This document shows, one piece after another, positions 32,132-32,662 of a stretch of DNA of 32,662 nt. A model generated the notes under the pieces. The model did no database searches. It was not told where the DNA came from and worked only from the letters and a program-made list of their open reading frames with translations. The DNA comes from Deltaproteobacteria bacterium (lineage in GTDB: Bacteria > Desulfobacterota > Desulfomonilia > UBA1062), in the NCBI GenBank assembly GCA_016934135.1, contig JAFGTK010000197.1, positions 1 through 32,662 on the forward strand. The letters are read 5' to 3'. Every line of letters begins with the position of its first letter. Position 1 is the first letter of the stretch. The position numbers and the translations under genes are program-made.

Positions 32132-32662
32132 ATGGATAGATTCTCGGTTTTTTCTTCGAGGCTTGTTGCCAAGTCGGAGAATTTTACCTCAGGGCACAGG
32201 GCCTGTCAGGGATGTGCCGAAGCCCTGGCTGTAAGGCATGTGATGAAGGCGCTGGGCAGAGACACGATCGTGGCCATGTCCACGGGCTGCATGGAGATCA
32301 TCTCCTCGCCGCTGCCGTTGACAGCCTGGAAGGTTCCTTGGATTCACAATGCATTTGAGAACTCGTCAGCTGTTATCTCCGGATGCGAGTCAGGGATGAA
32401 GGCCATGATGAGAAAGGGCAAGATCCCGCAGAAAAAGATCAACTTCGTGGCCATGGGAGGTGACGGTGCAACCGCCGATATCGGGATGGGGCCTCTATCC
32501 GGTGCCCTGGAGCGCGGACATGACATGGTCTATATCTGCTATGACAACGAAGCCTACATGAATACCGGCATACAGCGTTCAAGTTCCACCCCGTATGGTG
32601 CGAGTACGACAACCTCGCCGGCAGGCAAGGTAAGCATCGGACAGCATACACAGAAGAAAAAC
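32132..32662 (+). CDS. porB: Pyruvate/2-oxoacid:ferredoxin oxidoreductase beta subunit (3'-truncated by the window edge)
   Basis: The ATG at 32132 follows AGGAG. Translation [12 protein letters not shown]...[17 protein letters not shown]...[10 protein letters not shown]...[12 protein letters not shown] contains the cluster Cys residues and the TPP-binding motif. The frame is open to the last base. This ORF is not in the supplied track because it is open-ended. Confidence 0.9.
   Translation, partial: MDRFSVFSSRLVAKSENFTSGHRACQGCAEALAVRHVMKALGRDTIVAMSTGCMEIISSPLPLTAWKVPWIHNAFENSSAVISGCESGMKAMMRKGKIPQKKINFVAMGGDGATADIGMGPLSGALERGHDMVYICYDNEAYMNTGIQRSSSTPYGASTTTSPAGKVSIGQHTQKKN

Noticed and set aside
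1-32662. Search for CRISPR arrays, tRNA/rRNA genes, IS elements, integrases, toxin-antitoxin pairs or known defence systems.
   Set aside because: I found no repeat-spacer periodicity, no cloverleaf-capable intergenic segments (most gaps are under 150 nt and are accounted for), and no transposase-, integrase-, nuclease- or RT-like ORFs. The window looks like core chromosome.

Overview
This is a chromosomal, mostly housekeeping window from a flagellated anaerobe; the gene content looks Deltaproteobacteria- or Nitrospirota-like, but the phylum cannot be fixed by eye. About 31 protein genes are packed tightly, often with ATGA or TAATG overlaps. I found no rRNA, tRNA, CRISPR array, transposase, integrase or recognisable defence genes.

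Minus strand, positions 1-12.3 kb: a core flagellar operon, flgB-flgC-fliE-fliF-fliG-fliH-fliI-fliJ plus the start of one more gene. It is preceded by a well-spaced sigma-54 promoter. Upstream lies a regulatory block: a canonical orphan sigma-54 response regulator, a roughly 875-aa secreted AMIN+TPR protein, and a second sigma-54 activator with a degenerate receiver domain. Next come ihfB, a pseudouridine synthase and a Cys-rich zinc-ribbon protein.

Positions 13.7-17.0 kb: a translationally coupled thi4-thiE-thiC operon controlled by a textbook TPP riboswitch with an intrinsic terminator.

Plus strand, 17.1-21.3 kb: an MFS transporter, an M50 protease, trpS (with a Cys4 insert), scpA and scpB.

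Positions 21.3-30 kb: a PilZ-methyltransferase fusion; an overlapping EF-G paralogue / LRV-repeat protein / mog operon; holB; an Smr-domain gene with an odd leader (promoter, hairpin and terminator); a LysR regulator; and an MscS channel.

The window ends with a four-subunit 2-oxoacid:ferredoxin oxidoreductase operon, porCDAB, with porB truncated at the edge.

The most interesting items are the AMIN+TPR protein embedded between the two flagellar sigma-54 activators, the PilZ-methyltransferase fusion, and the orphan promoter-to-terminator unit upstream of smr. None of them is proven novel from sequence alone.
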